In this document: positions 46,606-56,232 of the stretch, piece by piece
Layout of the letters: every line of letters starts with the position of its first letter
Numbering within the stretch: position 1 is the stretch's first letter
NCBI GenBank assembly: GCA_004297215.1
Contig: SCUM01000001.1
Coordinates: 481,181-545,180, forward strand
DNA length: 64,000 nt
Reading direction: 5' to 3'
Origin: Patescibacteria group bacterium
Lineage (GTDB): Bacteria > Patescibacteriota > Patescibacteriia > UBA9934 > GWF2-40-263
Translations under genes and position numbers: made by a program
The notes under the pieces: generated by a model
Seen by the model: only the letters and a program-made list of their open reading frames with translations
Databases searched by the model: none
What the model was told of the DNA's origin: nothing

Positions 46606-48549
46606 ATGCAGCAGTACCGCAATCGCGCCGACATCCTGGAGGCGATCCTCCAGGCGCTCGCGTCCCTCGACAAGGCCGGACGCCTGGCCGTCGCCACCGC
46701 GCCGACCCCGAAGGCCGCACGCGCGGCCGTCGAAGGGATGGAGCGCGAGAAGCGCCGCGACAATCGCCGCAAGGGGATCGAGGTGCCCGCCGACCTTCCT
46801 CGCGAACAGCACGCCGGTTGGCGGGCCGAGGTCGAGGAAGCGCCGGAGCGCGGCACGAAGGGCAAGCAGGAGACGCCGGCGTTCATCGTCGAGGCACAGA
46901 AGGCCGCCGTCGCGGCCGAGACGCAGCTGACGGCGTTGGGCACGGACCTCGGCCAGGTCGACACCGCTCTCGCCTACGCGCAAGAGCGCCGCATCCTCGG
47001 ACTGCGCCGCAGTCGCGTCGACGTCACCGCGCTCCTGAAGAAGCTGCGGCAGTACAAGCTCGTGAAATCCGTCGCCATCCTGCTCGAGCTCCTGCTCGGC
47101 CTCGCGGCGGTCGCCTCATACGAGGGGCTCCTCGACGTCTCTTCGGTCTCGGACGTCACCGCGGGGGAGTGGATCGAGACCATCCTGCTTGCCATTCCCG
47201 TCGACGGTGCGCTCGTGCTCGTCTCGTTCGGCCTTGCCTGGTGGCTGAAGAGGAAGGACATCACCAAGCCCACGGGCCTGCATGCCGCGGCGCTCCTCGG
47301 CGTCCTCGTCGTGCTCGTCGGCTGCCTCACGATCCTGCGGGTCGTCGCCGCCACGCCCGCCGACCATCTCGACGGCGCCGTGAGCGCGCTGGGAGCCATT
47401 GCCCTCACGATCCTGTCGGCCGCGGGCTCGGTCGCCACCGCGGTGGCCGTCGCGGTGACGAGCTTGCTCGCCGAACCCCTTCAGAAGGCGCTCGACGTGC
47501 ACAACGCGCTGGTGCGCGACCTCGACGAGGACGTGGCGCAGGCGCACAGGCAGCATGCGCCGCCGCACGCGAAGGCGACCGAGCTGCAGGAGATTGTCGA
47601 GCGCCCCGCGCGCTGGACGCTCACGTTCAACGCGGCCGCCAAGGCATACGCGCTGCGCTCCCGCGACGACGAGGAGCAGGTGAAGTTGCTCGGCGACCAG
47701 GCGGAGTCGCTCTCCGCACGCGTGCTCGAGCTGTCGAGGCCCAGCCGCGAGGACCTGGTCCGCGACCTCGAGCAATACGAGATCGTCGACCGCGACAAGC
47801 ATGGCGGCAACGGTGTCGCGAAGGGCATCGTGGCCGGGATCGCCGCATTCCTTCTCGCGCACGCCGCGGCGTGCCAGGAATCGGTGCCGCTGAACGCCGT
47901 GGTCATCTGCGACGCCACGGGCAAGCTGCCCGCATGCACGCCCTCGGTGCGCCAGGGCGTCGCTGCGCAGTGGGCGGGCACCGCCTTTGACCGTCCCGGC
48001 AGCGAGCTGCGCGTCATCCTCACCGCCGACACCTTCGAGAGCACCCGCTCCGTCGTCGTCGCTACCTCTCCCGAGCGCGAGAAGGGCGATCGCCGGCTCG
48101 CCCGCGTCCGATTCGTCCGCGAGGCCGTCGCGGACATGGGGAACCTCGACGTGCCCGGCGACGAGGGAGGCAGGAAGAACCGTTCCAACCTCGTCGCCGC
48201 CCTCGCGGTCGCGACGCTCGACGCCCGCGAGAAGCGCACGCCTCCCCAGCTCATCATCGCCACGGACGGCATGGTGGTCGTGGACCACGACAACGGCGAG
48301 CGGGATCCGACGGCATACGAGCGCATCGCCGGTCACCTCGGCGACATGGGCGTCGAGATCGACATGGGCCGGTTCGCGAGCGTCGTCGCCTGCGGTTTCC
48401 GCCGGGAGGGCTTGCCGCCCAGGCTCGTCGCCGCCCGGGACCGGTTCTGGGCGACGATCCTCGGTCGCTCGCCCAACGATCCTGTGCCCCCGTCCTCATG
48501 CGCAGGGCTGTTCAACGTGGGGAAGGGCGATCTGCGGGGGACGCCGTGA
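46606..48549 (+). CDS. Large membrane protein (647 aa) with a coiled-coil N-terminus and several TM helices.
   Basis: Hydrophobic helices ILLELLLGLAAVASY, LVLVSFGLAWWL, LLGVLVVLVGCLTIL, AIALTILSAAGSVATAVAVAVTSLLA. Confidence 0.55.
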   Translation: MQQYRNRADILEAILQALASLDKAGRLAVATAPTPKAARAAVEGMEREKRRDNRRKGIEVPADLPREQHAGWRAEVEEAPERGTKGKQETPAFIVEAQKAAVAAETQLTALGTDLGQVDTALAYAQERRILGLRRSRVDVTALLKKLRQYKLVKSVAILLELLLGLAAVASYEGLLDVSSVSDVTAGEWIETILLAIPVDGALVLVSFGLAWWLKRKDITKPTGLHAAALLGVLVVLVGCLTILRVVAATPADHLDGAVSALGAIALTILSAAGSVATAVAVAVTSLLAEPLQKALDVHNALVRDLDEDVAQAHRQHAPPHAKATELQEIVERPARWTLTFNAAAKAYALRSRDDEEQVKLLGDQAESLSARVLELSRPSREDLVRDLEQYEIVDRDKHGGNGVAKGIVAGIAAFLLAHAAACQESVPLNAVVICDATGKLPACTPSVRQGVAAQWAGTAFDRPGSELRVILTADTFESTRSVVVATSPEREKGDRRLARVRFVREAVADMGNLDVPGDEGGRKNRSNLVAALAVATLDAREKRTPPQLIIATDGMVVVDHDNGERDPTAYERIAGHLGDMGVEIDMGRFASVVACGFRREGLPPRLVAARDRFWATILGRSPNDPVPPSSCAGLFNVGKGDLRGTP

Positions 48550-49001
48550 AGAACGCGCTCGTCGTCATCAGCAGCCTCATGGTCGCTGCGGCAATCGGCC
48601 TGCCGCTCGGCCAGCCCATGCGCCTGGTGGCACTCATGGCAGTGGTCGGGGGCGCGTTCGCCTTGGTCGTCAGCGCGAAGGAATGGAGCGGCAAGCTCTT
48701 CGCCGTCGGCATCGGCCTTGCCGTCTTCGGCACGTTCTGGGACGGGCTGTCGTTCCAGCTCCACCAGCTGGCCATGCTGGCGCTGCACGATCCGTCGGTG
48801 GTCGTCGTGCTCGTCATCATGGCTCTCGCCGCGCTCGCGCTCCTGCTCGCCAAGGCGTGGGCGCGTGGCACGCACGCCAAGGCGTCGACTCCGCGGGCCC
48901 GCGAGCGCGCGCGCCTCGTCGAACCGCACGACGGCCCTAGCCGGATTCCGTCAGCGAGCGCGCCTGACGATCTCGGGCTGTTCGGACCGCGGCATGACTG
49001 A
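48546..49001 (+). CDS. Small polytopic membrane protein.
   Basis: GTG start overlaps the upstream stop (GTGA). 4 TM helices. Confidence 0.45.
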   Translation: MKNALVVISSLMVAAAIGLPLGQPMRLVALMAVVGGAFALVVSAKEWSGKLFAVGIGLAVFGTFWDGLSFQLHQLAMLALHDPSVVVVLVIMALAALALLLAKAWARGTHAKASTPRARERARLVEPHDGPSRIPSASAPDDLGLFGPRHD

Positions 49002-50409
49002 CGACCTCGTCCCCATCGGGTTCTCCTTCGACGGGGGGCCGTTCGTCCTCCCCATCGAGCGGGTGCTGCGCCACGCGCTGGTGACGGGCGCGACTGGCGC
49101 AGGGAAGACCGCCTTCGTCGTCGGCGCCGTGCTCTCGATCGCCAAGCGGTCGCCCTCGACCAGGTTCGTGCTCGTCGACCCCAAGGGAGAGCTGCTCGAC
49201 ACCATGCGGACGTTCGTGGGCGCCCTCGGGGAGCGGCCACCCTTCCTCGCCCGCCAGCTCCTGGTGATCGACCCGTTCGCTGCGGGGATGACGACGCCCA
49301 TGAACCTGCTCGCGCCGGAGCCGGGGCTCGAGCGCTCGGTGCAGGCGAACGTGATCGTCTCCTCGCTCTGCGAGCTGTTCGACGGCGGGTTCGGCCCGCG
49401 CATGATGTCGGCGCTCACGACCTGCGTGCGCGCCGCCATCGAGGCCGGTGGCACCTTGCTCGACGTGCTCGAGCTGCTGCGCCGCCCCGCATACGGGGCA
49501 CGCCTTGCCTCGCTCATCGCGGATGCGGAGGTGCGCCGCGCGGTCGTCGAGGACTTTCCGGAAGAGGCGGAGGCGACGCGGGCAGCGTTGCGTGCCCGAC
49601 TCGAATGGCTGGTGTCGTCCAGGCCGCTGCGCGCCTGCCTGTGCGCCAAGGACGCCGCCACTGGCACCCAGATGCTCGAGCACGGCCTCACGCTGGTCTC
49701 CCTCGGCCCGCCAAGCGGGATGGGCGCCGCCGGAAAGGCGATGGCGGCGCTCATCATGGCCAAGATCTCGGCGGCGGTCTTCATGCGGGCGGTCGACCAG
49801 GCCGCAGACGTCCTCGTCGTCATCGACGAGGCGCCCGAGGTGCTGCGGCGCAGCGCCGCCGACGAGATGGAGCGCCTGCTCTCGATGGCCCGCTTCAAGC
49901 GAGTGGCCGTCTGGTCCCTTGCCCAGGGCATGCAGCAGGTCTCATCGTCGTCGGTGACCCTCGCGCGCTCGCTCGCGACCAACGCCTCGCTGCGAGCGTG
50001 CTTCCGCGGTTCGTCCCAGGACGTCGCCGACATCGCCCATGCCCTGCCGGTCACGGGCAGGATGCGCGACCCGCATCAAAGAGACCGGCTGCTGTCGGTC
50101 GCGCAAGAGCGTGCGCTTCTCGTCGAGCGTACCGTCTCGCTACCGCCCCGCTGCGCGCTGTTCGTCGAGGCCGGCGTCGGCGCGACCCTCCTGCGCACGC
50201 CGACGCTCCCGTTCGAGGAAGCGCGCGAACGGTTCGAGGCGCTGCCGGCGGCGGAGCGGGAGCGCGTGCGGTACGGGAGCAACTCCGTTCAAGTCGACGA
50301 GCTGCTGCGCACGGCAAAGCTCGCCGCATTGTCGGTCACCACGGCCACTGCGAGAGGTGCTCGGCCGGCAGCATCGACGAAGCACCGTCCGCGCCTGGTG
50401 CTGCCATGA
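48994..50409 (+). CDS. P-loop NTPase of the TraD/VirD4/HerA-FtsK-like superfamily (candidate DNA-transfer ATPase).
   Basis: Walker A VTGATGAGKTAFVV, Walker B VLVVIDEAPEVL, arginine-finger region. 471 aa. Overlaps the upstream gene. Confidence 0.6.
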   Translation: MTDDLVPIGFSFDGGPFVLPIERVLRHALVTGATGAGKTAFVVGAVLSIAKRSPSTRFVLVDPKGELLDTMRTFVGALGERPPFLARQLLVIDPFAAGMTTPMNLLAPEPGLERSVQANVIVSSLCELFDGGFGPRMMSALTTCVRAAIEAGGTLLDVLELLRRPAYGARLASLIADAEVRRAVVEDFPEEAEATRAALRARLEWLVSSRPLRACLCAKDAATGTQMLEHGLTLVSLGPPSGMGAAGKAMAALIMAKISAAVFMRAVDQAADVLVVIDEAPEVLRRSAADEMERLLSMARFKRVAVWSLAQGMQQVSSSSVTLARSLATNASLRACFRGSSQDVADIAHALPVTGRMRDPHQRDRLLSVAQERALLVERTVSLPPRCALFVEAGVGATLLRTPTLPFEEARERFEALPAAERERVRYGSNSVQVDELLRTAKLAALSVTTATARGARPAASTKHRPRLVLP

Positions 50410-50753
50410 CCCGCGCCCTCGTCGCCGCCCTTGCCGACCTGCATGGCGGCGCCTTCGTCGCCGGCACGCTGGTGGTGGGCGCCCTGCTCCCCGTGGCAAC
50501 CCTTATCGACGGGATCTGCATTCTCGTCCGGCTGCGTCGCCGTGCCCGCGTCCTTGCCGCTTCGCGTGCCCTCTGTCCTGCCGGCCACGAGGTCGACCTC
50601 GTCGGGGGCTGGCGATGCGAGGGCTGCGGCGCCGGCTTCGACGGGCACGGCCTTGATCGCTGCCCGTGCTGCGGTGCCGTGGCCGCCCGCGTCACATGCG
50701 CGTGCGGGCGGTACGTCGCGAATCCGCTCTTCGCCGACCTGGACGCGCCGTGA
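50406..50753 (+). CDS. Small TM protein with a C-terminal Cys-rich zinc ribbon.
   Basis: TM helix FVAGTLVVGALLPVATLIDGICILV. CPAGH…CEGCGAG…CPCCG…CACG. ATGA overlap. Confidence 0.45.
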   Translation: MTRALVAALADLHGGAFVAGTLVVGALLPVATLIDGICILVRLRRRARVLAASRALCPAGHEVDLVGGWRCEGCGAGFDGHGLDRCPCCGAVAARVTCACGRYVANPLFADLDAP

Positions 50754-51667
50754 GAAAGCGCGAGCAACGCCAGGACCCCGGTGGCGCGCGCCTCATGCCC
50801 CGCGACCTGCGCGCGCTCGAGCTCGTGGCGCTGGCGCAGCCGGTCACCACCTCCCAGCTCGCCCGGTACCTGGGGATGAGCCTGCCCATGGCGCGCCGGC
50901 GCGTGCGCGCCCTGCGCGACCTCGCTCTCGTGAACGTCGCCGCGCCCCGGCTGGATGCGGAGAACAACGTCCTGCTCGCAAAGCGCGGGAGGCGCCTGCT
51001 CGTGGAGGAACGAGGCTTCGACATGGACGCCATCGCCGTCATGCGGGGGATCTCGAAGATCCACCTGGCCCACCACGCTGCCGGCGTCAGCTTCTTCGTG
51101 GGGCTCACGAACGCCTGCGAGCGCTCGACGAAGGTGTCTCTCGCGCGCTTCGCCTTCGAGGCCGAGCTGCGACGCCTCGCGGGCGGAAGCCCCGAAGTCC
51201 AGGTGCCCGATGCCGTCGCCGTCGTTCAAGGCCGCGGCGAGCGTCTTGCCCTCGCCATCGAGATCGACATGGGGAGCGAGAACCCGTCGTTCGTCGTCAC
51301 CCGCAAGGCCCACCCGTACGCGCGGATGCATGCCTGCGGCGCGCCGCTCTTGGGCGAGGCGTGCTGGGTCGTCGCGTTCGTCGTGACGAGCGAGCGCCGT
51401 CGCAACCGCCTCGTCAGCGCGTTCCACGAGGCCGCGGTCCCCGAGGGGATCCTGTACCTCGCCGTCGGCCCAGGGCTCGACGAGCAGACGCTGCTCACCG
51501 ACGGCTGGTGGACGACTCGCACGTCGCCGGACGGCGAGCATGCGCGGCTCGTTGAGGAGTCGCCTTTCGCGCCCGTGCTGACGGACCGTTCCGACCGTCG
51601 TCACGGCCAGGCGCCTGCGGACCTGATGGGTTCCGCGGGCTTGCCCGGTCGAGGGGTACGCGGATGA
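50750..51667 (+). CDS. Replication-relaxation family protein, second paralog.
   Basis: MPRDLRALELVALAQPVTTSQLARYLGMS… is homologous to the first paralog's N-terminus. GTG start overlaps the upstream stop; an alternative ATG is at 50795. Confidence 0.55.
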   Translation: MRKREQRQDPGGARLMPRDLRALELVALAQPVTTSQLARYLGMSLPMARRRVRALRDLALVNVAAPRLDAENNVLLAKRGRRLLVEERGFDMDAIAVMRGISKIHLAHHAAGVSFFVGLTNACERSTKVSLARFAFEAELRRLAGGSPEVQVPDAVAVVQGRGERLALAIEIDMGSENPSFVVTRKAHPYARMHACGAPLLGEACWVVAFVVTSERRRNRLVSAFHEAAVPEGILYLAVGPGLDEQTLLTDGWWTTRTSPDGEHARLVEESPFAPVLTDRSDRRHGQAPADLMGSAGLPGRGVRG

Positions 51668-52240
51668 CGCGCCCCCTCGCTCCCCATCATCACCCTCTTG
51701 CCGCCGTGCCTGTCGCGGTGGCGAACAACCTCGTGGAGGGGGCGACCAGGCACCTGCGGGTCGATTTCTTTCACGAGCCGTGGCCGGTCGGTGCGGGGTC
51801 GCCCGCTCCGGTCGTTAGCGCGCTTCGCGTGCCTTGTCCGATCCGCTCCGGCGGCGAGGACCGGCGCCGCGCCCGGGCTCCGTCGTCATCGACGGACGCC
51901 TTCGCCTGTCCGTCTGACGCGCACGTCTTCACGGACGTGCGCGCGGATGGCTGGCGTTCGCATGACGGTGGTGGGGAGCAAGTTCCAACGGCGTCAAAGG
52001 GTCGTACGCCGGCGCGCCCGCTCCTCCGCTCCCTCGCTGGCTCCTTCCTTTCCCGAAGCGCCCTGGTGCGATCCGCACGCTTCGTCGAGGAGGCCCCGGC
52101 GCCGAGCGGCACCATGCACGCCGTCGTCGACGGGCCGGCGCCATCCTCGTCGTCTGGAAGGCAGGGACGGGTACGCGAGCGCGCGGCGACAGGCGGGTGC
52201 TCCGCACCGGCCGGCCCACGGTTTTCGGTTGGGGCATTGC

Positions 52241-52477
52241 ATGGCGACGGATGAACCGACCGATCTGCTCACGGGCGACGGTCTCCCGGCCGTCCTCACC
52301 GTCGACGAGGTCGCCGGCCTGCTGCGGGTGAACCGCAAGACGGTGTACGCGGCGGTCGCACAGGGGGCGATCCCTGGCGTGGTGCGCGTGGGCGGCACCA
52401 TCCGCGTCTGCCGCGACGCCGTGCTAGCCTGGCTCGCAGGTGAAGGTCGCGTCTCGTCGTCACGGAGGGATCCATGA
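52241..52477 (+). CDS. Excisionase-family HTH DNA-binding protein (Xis/AlpA-like).
   Basis: LTVDEVAGLLRVNRKTVYAAVAQGAIPGVVRVGGTIRV; ATGA overlap with the integrase. Confidence 0.65.
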   Translation: MATDEPTDLLTGDGLPAVLTVDEVAGLLRVNRKTVYAAVAQGAIPGVVRVGGTIRVCRDAVLAWLAGEGRVSSSRRDP

Positions 52478-53673
52478 CGGTGAGAAAAGAGAAGCGGCGC
52501 GACCCGGCGACGGGACGCGTCCGCGAGTTTTGGATGGTCGACGTCGACGTGGAGTTGCCCGACGGGAAGCGCACGCGGGTGCGCAAGGCTTCCCCGGTGC
52601 AGGCGAAGCGCGACGCCGAGCGATACGAGACGGAGCTGCGCCGGGCGATCCTCGACGGCAGCTACGGGAAGGAAGAGGAGGTCGAGAAGGTCGTGCCGCT
52701 CATCAAGGACTTCGTCCCCGCGTTCATCGAGGGCCACTGCCGCGCCGAGCAGCTGAAGCCCTCGACGATCGCCTCGGTGCGCCAGGTGCTCACGCACCGC
52801 ATTGTGCCGAGGATCGGGGACAAGCGGCTCGACGAGGTGACAAGCAGCGACGTGCAGCGCATCAAGGCGGAGCTGTCGTCGCTCTCGAAGAAGACGGTGA
52901 ACAACACGCTCGCGTGCCTGCGCGTGATGCTGCGCAAGGCAGCCGAGTGGGACGTCATCAAGGACGTCCCGTGCGCGATCAAGCTATTGAAGGTGCAGAA
53001 GGAGGAGATGAAGTTCCACGACTTCGACGACTACGAACGCCTCGTCGAGGCCGCGGGACGCGTGGACGCGCGAATCCAGCTCGCCATCCTGCTCGGCGGC
53101 GAGGCGGGGCTGCGCATGGGGGAGATCGCAGCGCTCGAATGGGGCCGCATCGTGTGGGCGAGGAACACGATCGTGGTCGCCGCCTCCGATTGGCGGGGAC
53201 ACGTGACGAAGACGAAGAGCGGCAAGGTCCGCGAGGTGCCGATGACGACGAGGCTCGCTGCCGCGCTCCGGGCGCACAGCAAGCTGCGTCGGCTCGACAA
53301 CGACCTCGTGCTGATGCTCGACAACGGGAGGGCGTTTCATCGGGACGCTTTCCGCAAGGGCATCATGCGCGTGGAGCGACGGGCGGGGCTCGAAGTGACG
53401 GGAAGGGTCCATATCCTCCGTCACACGTTCTGCGCTCACCTCGCGATGCGCGGCGCGCCGGCGAAGGCGATCCAGGAGCTCGCCGGGCACGCCGACCTGT
53501 CGACCACGATGGGGTACATGCACCTGACGCCGTCGGCCCGCGCGGCGGCCATCGGCCTGCTCGAACGACGAGGACAACCGCAGGGTTACGGCAACCTGAC
53601 GGCAATGGAAGGCACGAACGCAGAGGTTCTGGCGGTCGGCGAAAAGAAAACCCTCGGTTTCCCGAGGGCTTAG
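52474..53673 (+). CDS. Tyrosine-type site-specific integrase (phage-integrase family).
   Basis: SAM-like N-domain plus catalytic R…HxxR…Y: LLGGEAGLRMGEI, ILRHTFCAHL, LAGHADLSTTMGYMH. Confidence 0.85.
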   Translation: MTVRKEKRRDPATGRVREFWMVDVDVELPDGKRTRVRKASPVQAKRDAERYETELRRAILDGSYGKEEEVEKVVPLIKDFVPAFIEGHCRAEQLKPSTIASVRQVLTHRIVPRIGDKRLDEVTSSDVQRIKAELSSLSKKTVNNTLACLRVMLRKAAEWDVIKDVPCAIKLLKVQKEEMKFHDFDDYERLVEAAGRVDARIQLAILLGGEAGLRMGEIAALEWGRIVWARNTIVVAASDWRGHVTKTKSGKVREVPMTTRLAAALRAHSKLRRLDNDLVLMLDNGRAFHRDAFRKGIMRVERRAGLEVTGRVHILRHTFCAHLAMRGAPAKAIQELAGHADLSTTMGYMHLTPSARAAAIGLLERRGQPQGYGNLTAMEGTNAEVLAVGEKKTLGFPRA

Positions 53674-53863
53674 CAGGACGAAAAACTGGCGGAGCGGACG
53701 GGACTCGAAGACGAAACCGCTTACGCCCACAACATGGCGACGCGACGCGACTTCCACCCATTTCTCGTCGACGAATCGCAGAAAAGAGACGTCCATCCTG
53801 TGCCGCGCCGTGCCGTCCGATCCCGCCGTTCGGTGCAGGGTCACGGCAACATGGCGGCAACAG

Positions 53864-54103
53864 CTACTTGGGCTCCGCCCAGCCATCAGGCGGGGTCCTC
53901 TGCGTCCTCACCCACTCTTCTGCGCTCTCCTTCGCGTGCCGTTCGGCGGACGTGTGCACGCGGCCCTCTCCAGAAAAATCCGGGCCGACACGATCGCCCG
54001 TGTCGCGGCGAACGACCGTCGCCGTTGCCTGCCATCCGACACGAACCTTCTGCTTCCCGCTCACCGTGATGCTCCAGTACTTGTTGATGTCGTACGTCGC
54101 CAT
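53864..54103 (-). CDS. Hypothetical small protein (79 aa).
   Basis: Good RBS ggagga 7 nt upstream of the ATG. Lies downstream of the lipoprotein gene. Confidence 0.3.
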   Translation of the reverse strand: MATYDINKYWSITVSGKQKVRVGWQATATVVRRDTGDRVGPDFSGEGRVHTSAERHAKESAEEWVRTQRTPPDGWAEPK

Positions 54104-54127
54104 GCATCCTCCGGCTCCCGCCAGCGT

Positions 54128-55186
54128 TCAATCGCACGTCGGGTGCAATTCCCGCCTTGTCGAATCCCCGCACGTGGCCCAGCTCGACGAGGCGTTGTAC
54201 TTCGTGTTGAAGTACTCGGCCATGCTGTCGTCGTTGCAGACATGACCACCGGTTGTCGGCTCAATGGCGTCGTAGGGCGTGGAGCAGCCGCCTGCGTTTC
54301 CGTAGAGAAAGGTGTCGCTCGACTTGAACGGTTGGAGCGGAGGCAGATAGTTGGAGCGGTCGCCCCACGTCTTCGGGCAACCCGCGGCATCGAACATCGA
54401 GTTGTGTGTCGCCGCGGTCCCGTGGTTCTTTGTGTCGATAGTCTTCAGGAGCGCCGTTCCGCTCGAGTTATATACAAATACCAGCGCAGCAGAGTGTTCG
54501 CCGAACGACCAGCAGCACGGCTTCCACCGGATGTATGCCCTGTGCATATATCGTACTGAGGTCGCAGTGAATCCTTGCATCATTGAAGAAAAATCGAGGA
54601 TCTCGCCATTGGCTTGATCCTCGACCTCCGACACATCGGGCTGTGGGTCAGCTGCGGGCAGTTTCACGCCGCGCCATGTCTCGTCTTGCAAGGTGATATT
54701 CGCGATGTCCCGGAGTCCTTCTAGGCTCCACTTGAACTGTGCAAGGATCTCCTCATCGTTCTCCAGAAAATCGGCGGCGTCTCGGGCAAGAACCAGATCC
54801 TCATATCGCTGCTTCATGTTCAGATCGTCGGGGGGAGGCCGTATGCGTTCCCCCACATCGGGATCCAACGCTGTGTCTCCGCCGAACTGCGTAAGGAACA
54901 CGAGGTCGTTCCGATCCGCAACCAGCAGATCGTCAAGAGTGCTCGATTCTTCGTCCGGGTTCCCAAGCCAGCTTTCTGGTCGCAGGGGTCCGCGCTCGAA
55001 CTCGATCGACACGCGGGCCTCGCCGCGCTCGACGACAACCTTGAGTTTCGTCGCCGAAATCTCCTTGGAGACCATCTGGACATCGCTGAGTGCCGTCTCG
55101 TTGGCAGGATCTTGCACGGCGCACCCCATGCCGACGAGGGAGACGGCGGTTGCAAGTGCCAGGACGGTAGTCGTGAAGTTGCGCAT
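54128..55186 (-). CDS. Secreted lipoprotein (low-GC gene).
   Basis: MRNFTTTVLALATAVSLVGMGCA lipobox; about 52% GC with AT-rich codons. Confidence 0.6.
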   Translation of the reverse strand: MRNFTTTVLALATAVSLVGMGCAVQDPANETALSDVQMVSKEISATKLKVVVERGEARVSIEFERGPLRPESWLGNPDEESSTLDDLLVADRNDLVFLTQFGGDTALDPDVGERIRPPPDDLNMKQRYEDLVLARDAADFLENDEEILAQFKWSLEGLRDIANITLQDETWRGVKLPAADPQPDVSEVEDQANGEILDFSSMMQGFTATSVRYMHRAYIRWKPCCWSFGEHSAALVFVYNSSGTALLKTIDTKNHGTAATHNSMFDAAGCPKTWGDRSNYLPPLQPFKSSDTFLYGNAGGCSTPYDAIEPTTGGHVCNDDSMAEYFNTKYNASSSWATCGDSTRRELHPTCD

Positions 55187-55440
55187 AGAAGGCTCCCATG
55201 TAGGAGAAGGTATCACCCGGAGCCTTGGTTTGGCGAGCTGACCCCCTAGATCAGATCTGAAGTCAAGTGCTTTCCTCACATTTCGGGGACTTGCGTGGGC
55301 GACCGCCGCGCAGGGACAGCCAGCCATGTGTCAGGCTGGCAGCAAGGGGCCGCAGGCATCGTCGACAAACGCCACCGCGCGCTGGCTGAGCAGCGGTGCG
55401 AGGCGCCCACTATACTGGCGAGGTCAACGACGAGGTTTCG

Positions 55441-55875
55441 ATGACCGCACCCGCCACCATGCACACCCTCGCCCTCACTATCACCAAGCCGTACGAACAC
55501 CTCCGCCCGCGCGTGAACAAGCTCCTCGCCAAGCGCTTCCACCTCACGCCCGCCGTCCCGTGGTCCAGCTACCTCGGCCCGCAGCGCTTCCCGCCGAAGA
55601 TGACGGTGGCGCTGCTCAAGCGGCTCTTCGCGCGCATCGGGCTGCCCGCCGAGGGGTACGACGCGCTGCTGTCGCCGTCAAACCACCTCCCCATCGCCTT
55701 CGGGATGCTGTCCACCGCCCGTCGCCGCGTCGACTACGGCCTCGTCGCGCACCTCCTCAAGGAGGCCGCGAACCGCATCGAGAGCGGAGCCCCGGCCACG
55801 GGCTTGATGCGTCAGATTCGGGCGGCGTCCACCGAGCTTCATGCGCGCCAGGCACGCCACCCGCGTTCGGCATGA
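55441..55875 (+). CDS. Hypothetical protein.
   Basis: MTAPATMHTLALTITKPYEHLRPRVNKLLAKRFHLTP…; 144 aa. Confidence 0.4.
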   Translation: MTAPATMHTLALTITKPYEHLRPRVNKLLAKRFHLTPAVPWSSYLGPQRFPPKMTVALLKRLFARIGLPAEGYDALLSPSNHLPIAFGMLSTARRRVDYGLVAHLLKEAANRIESGAPATGLMRQIRAASTELHARQARHPRSA

Positions 55876-55887
55876 GCCGGCTGCGGT

Positions 55888-56232
55888 GTGTACGATCCAG
55901 CCGTGGAACTTACTGGCAGCGGCTCCATCCGATACGGCTTCGAAGTGCGCGTCCGATTGCGCGCGAGCGCCGACCCCGGTGCGTTCATCGACCGGCTCAT
56001 CGACGCGGTCGAAGTCGGCGGACTGTCGTTGGGCGGTGGCGGTCGCGTGGATCACTTCGCGGGCTTCGTCGCCCGCATGGACGACTTGAGCGCGACGGAG
56101 GCCGATCGCACATGGCTTGGGGCGTTTCTCGTTGCAGACGCCGACGTCGAGCACCACGAAGTCGGTGGACTGGTGGACGCGGACGCCGAGCCCGATGCCG
56201 CCGACCACAAGACGCGTAGCGGAGCCGCCTGA
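55888..56232 (+). CDS. Hypothetical protein (GTG start).
   Basis: 114 aa; ATGA-type overlap with the HIT gene. Confidence 0.35.
   Translation: MYDPAVELTGSGSIRYGFEVRVRLRASADPGAFIDRLIDAVEVGGLSLGGGGRVDHFAGFVARMDDLSATEADRTWLGAFLVADADVEHHEVGGLVDADAEPDAADHKTRSGAA

Larger units (their letters stand above)
36061..53673. mobile_element. Putative integrative (mobilizable/conjugative-like) element, bounded by two tyrosine recombinases and an excisionase; boundaries and att sites not defined.
   Basis: Contents: recombinase, lipoproteins, Replic_Relax x2, XRE regulator, IS4 insertion, membrane-protein plus P-loop ATPase module, Xis-like HTH and an integrase. The neighbouring tRNA-Val and tRNA-Ser (29.4-30.1 kb) are typical insertion hot-spots. 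Confidence 0.45.

Noticed and set aside
47116-48336. 406-aa minus-strand ORF inside the 647-aa membrane-protein gene.
   Set aside because: Antisense shadow; the plus-strand product has clear TM helices and operon coupling.
51664-52254. 196-aa ORF between the second Replic_Relax gene and the excisionase.
   Set aside because: ATGA-coupled at both ends, so possibly real, but the translation is Pro/Ala/Arg-rich and low-complexity; not listed as a feature.
53687-53765. Possible complete tRNA gene downstream of the integrase.
   Set aside because: Only the 3' T-loop and acceptor-like portion is present; no D-arm, anticodon arm or matching 5' acceptor strand; kept only as a possible att remnant.
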